Of a stretch of 21,614 nt of DNA, positions 17,130-21,614 are shown piece by piece (within the stretch, counting starts at the first letter, position 1; each line of letters starts with the position of its first letter). The stretch lies in assembly GCA_038143065.1 (NCBI GenBank), contig JAYQLI010000040.1, forward strand, positions 1-21,614. Direction: 5' to 3'. The notes beneath the pieces are model-generated. The model saw only the letters and a program-made list of their open reading frames with translations, made no database searches and was not told the origin of the DNA. Position numbers and translations under genes: made by a program. The stretch comes from Rhodospirillales bacterium (lineage in GTDB: Bacteria > Pseudomonadota > Alphaproteobacteria > Bin95).

Positions 17130-17810
17130 GTGAGGTTGACAATGACGGTCGAACACGCCTTACAGTACCGCAAATCCTGCCGCTCTTTTCTGGACCGACC
17201 AGTGGATAGTCAATTGTTGCGGAGCATTATTCGACAGGCGTCTCGAGCGCCGTCTAATGGCAATTTGCAGCCGTGGCAGCTATTTGTATTGACGGGGGAC
17301 GCACTGGCTAGCCTGAAGGCCGCTACCCGTGACGCTATTGCCCAAAATCAGCCTCTGTCGACGCCTGAATATGCGGTTTATCCAAAACCACTCAAAACTG
17401 AATTTGATGCGCGGCGCTTTGCAATCGGCGAGGATATTTACCGCGTTCTTGGGATCGCACGAGAAGACAAGGCCGCCCGGCGCGCACAATTTGCCAAAAA
17501 TGCAATGATGTTTAATGCTCCGGTTGGTGTGTTTGCTTATATTGACCGGTCGCTAAGTTATGGCCAGTGGATGGATCTTGGCATGTTCTTACAAAGCCTG
17601 ATGCTGTTATGTGAAGACCATGGTCTTGCCAGCTGCGCCCAGGGCTATTGGACGTTCTTTCACGACAACGTGCGCGCTGTGACTAGCGCGCCAGACGATT
17701 TGATGCTTGCATGTGGCCTTGCTATTGGCTTTGAGGATACTGAGGCCCCGATCAATCGAGTGCATTCGGCGCGGGTGTCGATAGATGAATTTGCCACCTT
17801 CATTGACTAA
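17130..17810 (+). CDS. Nitroreductase family protein (second subfamily)
   Basis: RKSCRSFL, RAPSNGNLQPW, FNAPV, DLGMFLQSLML, GLASCAQ, GLAIGF; AGGAAG RBS. Confidence 0.88.
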   Translation: MRLTMTVEHALQYRKSCRSFLDRPVDSQLLRSIIRQASRAPSNGNLQPWQLFVLTGDALASLKAATRDAIAQNQPLSTPEYAVYPKPLKTEFDARRFAIGEDIYRVLGIAREDKAARRAQFAKNAMMFNAPVGVFAYIDRSLSYGQWMDLGMFLQSLMLLCEDHGLASCAQGYWTFFHDNVRAVTSAPDDLMLACGLAIGFEDTEAPINRVHSARVSIDEFATFID

Positions 17811-17910
17811 ACGATTGAGCGGGTGGCCGTTAAATAGCTAATTCAATCACTACATAATTAAGGTGCAAGTAACGGCGGTTGCCTGGTGACCAAAAGACAA
17901 GAGAATTAAG

Positions 17911-19236
17911 ATGAAAAGTCAGTTTGTTTTTCAACGCAATAGTCGAACCAGCCTTCCTGTTGTCAAGGCTGGGGATGGGTGTTTTCTTTTTGACGAAACT
18001 GGTAACGCCTATCTTGATGGCTCAGGTGGCGCGGCAGTGTCTTGTCTTGGCCATTCTGATCTTCATGTGAAAAATGCCATTATTAAACAGGCTGAAAACA
18101 TCGCTTATGCCCACACATCTTTTTTCACCAGTTCGCCAGCAGAAGAGCTAGCGGCACGTTTGGCCGCATATGCGCCGGGAGATATCAATAGGGCTTATTT
18201 GGTATCAAGCGGGTCTGAGGCGATGGAAGCTGCAATTAAATTGGCCCGCCAATATTTTATTGAGACCGGTCAGCCAAACCGCCAGCATATCATTGCTCGA
18301 AAACAAAGTTATCATGGCAATACTCTTGGTGCTTTGGCAGCAGGGGGAAATCAGTGGCGCCGCCGTCAGTTTGAACCTTTGCTGGTTCAAACCAGTCTTA
18401 TTTCTCCTTGTTATGCATGGCGTTATAAGCGCGACTATGAAAGCGAAGAAGATTATGGTCTTCGGGTCGCCAATGAGTTGGAAGAAGAAATCTTACGAGT
18501 TGGCCCAGAACAGGTAATGGCATTTTTGGCTGAACCTGTGGTTGGCGCAACGGCAGGCGCGCTTTGCCCTGTCCCGGGATATTTAGCCCGAATCAGAGAG
18601 ATTTGCGATCAATATGGTGTCTTACTTATTTTTGACGAAGTCATGTGTGGCATGGGACGGACAGGGGCGCTGTTTGCCGGTGACGTTGATGGCGTCACCC
18701 CTGATATTGTGGCGATTGCCAAAGGCCTAGGGGCAGGCTATCAGCCGATTGGGGCGATGTTGTGCCAAGATTATATTCATGATGCTATTGAACATGGATC
18801 AGGGTTTTTTCAGCATGGTCATACCTATCTTGGTCATCCGATTGCCACAGCGGCGGCGAATGCTGTTTTGGATCGTTTGGTGGTTGATGGCCTTGTTGAT
18901 GAAGTGGCACAAAAAGGCGAATATTTAAAATTGTGTTTAGAGGCAAAACTGGCACAACACCCCCATATCGGCAATATTAGAGGCCGAGGGTTGTTTATTG
19001 GCATTGAATTTGTCGCATCACAGGATGGCAAAACGCCCTTTGACCCTGCTTTGAATGTGGCAGGCAATTTGAAAAAGAATGCCTTTCAATCGGGGCTGGC
19101 ATGCTATCCAGCTCAGGGGACAATTGATGGCAAATCAGGAGACCATGTCTTGCTAGCACCGCCATTTATTATCACCAATGATGAAATGGATATGCTGGTG
19201 GATCGGCTGGCTTTGGCGATAGATATGACCATGTGA
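17911..19236 (+). CDS. Class III PLP-dependent aminotransferase
   Basis: YLDGSGG, SGSEA, SYHGNT, EPVVG, DEVMCGMGRTG, AKGLGAGY (PLP lysine), HGHTY, RGRGL, LAPPFI. Confidence 0.92.
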   Translation: MKSQFVFQRNSRTSLPVVKAGDGCFLFDETGNAYLDGSGGAAVSCLGHSDLHVKNAIIKQAENIAYAHTSFFTSSPAEELAARLAAYAPGDINRAYLVSSGSEAMEAAIKLARQYFIETGQPNRQHIIARKQSYHGNTLGALAAGGNQWRRRQFEPLLVQTSLISPCYAWRYKRDYESEEDYGLRVANELEEEILRVGPEQVMAFLAEPVVGATAGALCPVPGYLARIREICDQYGVLLIFDEVMCGMGRTGALFAGDVDGVTPDIVAIAKGLGAGYQPIGAMLCQDYIHDAIEHGSGFFQHGHTYLGHPIATAAANAVLDRLVVDGLVDEVAQKGEYLKLCLEAKLAQHPHIGNIRGRGLFIGIEFVASQDGKTPFDPALNVAGNLKKNAFQSGLACYPAQGTIDGKSGDHVLLAPPFIITNDEMDMLVDRLALAIDMTM

Positions 19237-19278
19237 TTGGTCATCGAAGGTTCAACCATTGCTCCCGCAACCAATTTT

Positions 19279-19312
19279 ACAAATGCTCGTGATTTCACGA
19301 GCATTTGTTTTG
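19279..19312 (+). terminator. Terminator-like hairpin after the aminotransferase
   Basis: Perfect inverted repeat acaaatgctcgtga (19279-19292) / tcacgagcatttgt (19295-19308) followed by a T run. Confidence 0.7.
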
Positions 19313-19508
19313 CCGCGCAAATAACTTTATTCGGCAATATATCAATATCACCTTATGCAAACGCTTCGACATGGCGGGCGATTCAGTCGCAACATTAAAT
19401 CTCTTTGAGTCGCCTCGACCAATCTTGTCAGAAAATAGCTTTTGACCAATAGGAATATTGCGGCTTTTGCAATGCCAGACGTTTATTGCAACTTGAAAAT
19501 TTTGTGTA

Positions 19509-21129
19509 ATGCTTAATACTGGTTTTATGAACGGTGGTCTTCATTCAATTGTCCAAGGTCTTTGCGAACTGCCAAAGCAGCTACGCTGGAGCTATCTTCC
19601 ACCCCTTATGGTTTATCTCGCAGCTGGTGTGTCTGGACTAACGGCAATTGTTGGCACTTTTTTTATCAAAGATTATCTGAATTTATCGGCTGCATTTCTG
19701 GCTAGTCTTGGCTTTTGGGCGGGTTTGCCATGGGCGTTAAAAATGCCGCTTGGGCATCTAGTCGATTTGATTTGGAAATATAAGGCTTACCTTGTCGGCC
19801 TTGGTGCGGTGGTAATTGCCGCCAGCCTCTTGATCATGTACGGGCTGATTGGCCATACCGAATTCATGGCCAACATCATGCCTGTTGAAACATGGTTTGT
19901 AACCAGCGTTATTTTAGGGCCTGTCGGTTATGTCATTCAGGATGTTGTGGCCGATGCAATGACGGTTGAGGCGGTTCCCGAACAGGATGAAAATGGCGAT
20001 GATATCGACCCAGACCAGCTAAAAATCATGCATACCACGATGCAAACCCTTGGCCGATTTGCCATTATTGGTGGCACAGTTTTGGTTTCACTTACCAATG
20101 TGATTTTGTTTAGTGGTGTTGATAGTCTTGATACCACTGCCCGCATCGATCTTTATGCGAATATCTATCTTTATGCGTTGATCATTCCGGCCATCTCGAT
20201 TGCTGGGGTCATTCTCGCACGCCTCCAACAGTCTTATCGCAACGCCCGTATTGGACAATTATATCACACCCCAACAAGCCCGCATCAACGGCCTGAAATC
20301 AACTGGTCAATTCTGCTTGGCAGTCTGGTCTTTGTGGTGTTTTCCCTGAGCGTTGGCACATCGGATATCGGCTATGCACAGGAAATTGTCTTTGCTGGAT
20401 CGGTTGGTATTATCTTGTTTTTAATGAAACGGCTGGATGCGCTTTCTTTCGGCTGAAAAACGTCTAATGATTGTTGGAACCGCGATTATTATTTTCACCT
20501 TCGGGCAATGCAAGCCGGGGCCGGGGTTAACATGGTTCGAAATTGACCAGCTTTTATTCAATGAGCAATTCCTGTCCATTCTTTCGCTTATTGCATCAAT
20601 TCTGACCCTTGTTGGCATTATCTTGTTGCGACCATTTATGGCGAATAATTCGATTGCGCGCATTGTTGTTATTTTATCCATTGCTGGTGCTGTGCTGTTT
20701 CTGCCGAGTATTGGTATGTATTATGGCCTGCATGAATGGACCGCTGCCTATAGTGGCGGGATTGTTGATGCGAAATTTATTGCGATTATCAATACCGCGG
20801 TCGAATCCCCACTTGGCCAGGTGTCGATGATACCTCTTCTGGCCTGGATTGCTCGCAATGCGCCGGCCCATATGAAGGCAACATTTTTTGCTGTTTTTGC
20901 GTCATTTACCAATCTGGCACTGTCGGCAAGCGCACTTGGCACCAAATATCTTAATGAGGCCTTTATCGTCACACGCGAGGTGAAGGACAAGTTAAGTGAT
21001 GCCATTGTCACCACGGCCGATTATTCCGAATTAGGGATGCTGCTCATCACCGTTTTGCTGATCACCCTTGTGATGCCGATTGGCATGGTCATTATCGTCC
21101 AGAATAGCCGTTTTAAAACAGTTGATTAG
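19509..21129 (+). CDS. BT1 / folate-biopterin-transporter-like MFS membrane protein, split by a +1 frameshift at ~20436
   Basis: ORFs 19509..20456 and 20437..21129; LPWALKMPLGHLVD, QDVVADAMTVE, ARNAPAHMKATFFAVFASFTNL resemble BT1-family motifs; deleting one G from ctgg atg gives ...MKRLMRFLSAEK..., ~540 aa. Confidence 0.7.
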
Positions 21130-21225
21130 TCGTCTCGGATTTGAGCTGGCTTTGTGTTTAGGGTTTTCTTGCAGGGCTTTCTTATGGGCGCTGTTTGGTC
21201 GCGCCTGCTGGGTGAATATTTTGCC

Positions 21226-21545
21226 CGTATCATCTTGATCAAACCGCATCACGCTTAACATCGGTCTGAACACTTCGTGCCGAGCGATGCTATTATCTGG
21301 CTCGCAGTCAATGATGGTTGGTTCAAAAAATGCCCCATCGCGGTTTAGGGGTCGTCCACCAGCAATGATTTTTCCGCCTTCGGCAACCGCATCCGTCACC
21401 ATTGATACGGCGCGGTCACGCTGCGGTATTGATACCATCGACCCCATATTCGCGCCAAACTTAGACAGGTTGATGCCATCATCAAAGTGCCGTCTTGATT
21501 GTTTTTTTTTGATCAATAATATAATCGCCTGGCCTGCATGGCCTG
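21226..21545 (-). pseudogene. Aldehyde dehydrogenase remnant
   Basis: MGSMVS..QRDR...AVAEGGKIIAGG...GAFFEPTII...IARHEVFRPMLSVMRFD corresponds to the ALDH MGPLI...EGA...GG...GxFxEPT...EEIFGPVL region; similarity stops abruptly near 21226, C-terminus missing, and the AGQ motif lacks the following catalytic Cys. Confidence 0.75.
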
Positions 21546-21614
21546 TGATATGTCTTGACATGGCCTTCGATCATGAGATGGGCATGTTTTGTCAAGGTTA
21601 AGTCTATGTTTTAA

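Noticed and set aside
19467-19491. TTGCAAT-N11-ATTGCAA inverted repeat upstream of the BT1-like gene
   Set aside because: Single short occurrence with no cognate regulator in the window.
21031-21225. C-terminal part of ORF 21031..21561 as real protein
   Set aside because: ALDH similarity stops near 21226; the remainder is read-through overlapping the BT1-like gene antisense.
1-21614. CRISPR array, IS element, rRNA or defence system
   Set aside because: No regularly spaced repeats, transposase motifs, rRNA-like sequence or recognisable defence genes seen.

Overview
Accessory region, probably from an alphaproteobacterium (inferred from the tRNA-fMet fragment sequence and gene content), built from three compositionally distinct blocks separated by two direct-repeat copies of the 3' half of tRNA-fMet (10337-10381 and 14603-14650), i.e. 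att cores of a tandem tRNA-targeted island array. Block A (1-10381, GC-richer): HAD phosphoglycolate-phosphatase-like gene, an MlrC/M81-like remnant, a PgtC-PgtB-PgtA-like three-component sensor, an ABC importer whose binding protein is a PgtC paralogue, and a truncated tyrosine integrase. Block B (10382-14650, AT-richer, no integrase): a glucosylglycerate cassette (GpgP/MpgP-type phosphatase, GpgS-type glycosyltransferase, GH13_18 glucosylglycerate-phosphorylase-like enzyme). Block C (14651-end): TSUP/TauE exporter, two divergent nitroreductases, class III aminotransferase, BT1-like MFS membrane protein and an aldehyde dehydrogenase remnant. Most notable signals: two different families of arm-type direct repeats nested around the att cores (TATTGCC outside, CTRTCYAC inside), suggesting an integrase-less osmolyte cassette sitting in an attP-like junction, and a GGGTCA-N4-TGACCC operator candidate for the GAFTGA-less PgtA-like regulator. 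Several single-base frameshifts at short homopolymers look like sequencing indels. All family calls come from motif recognition by eye, not database searches.
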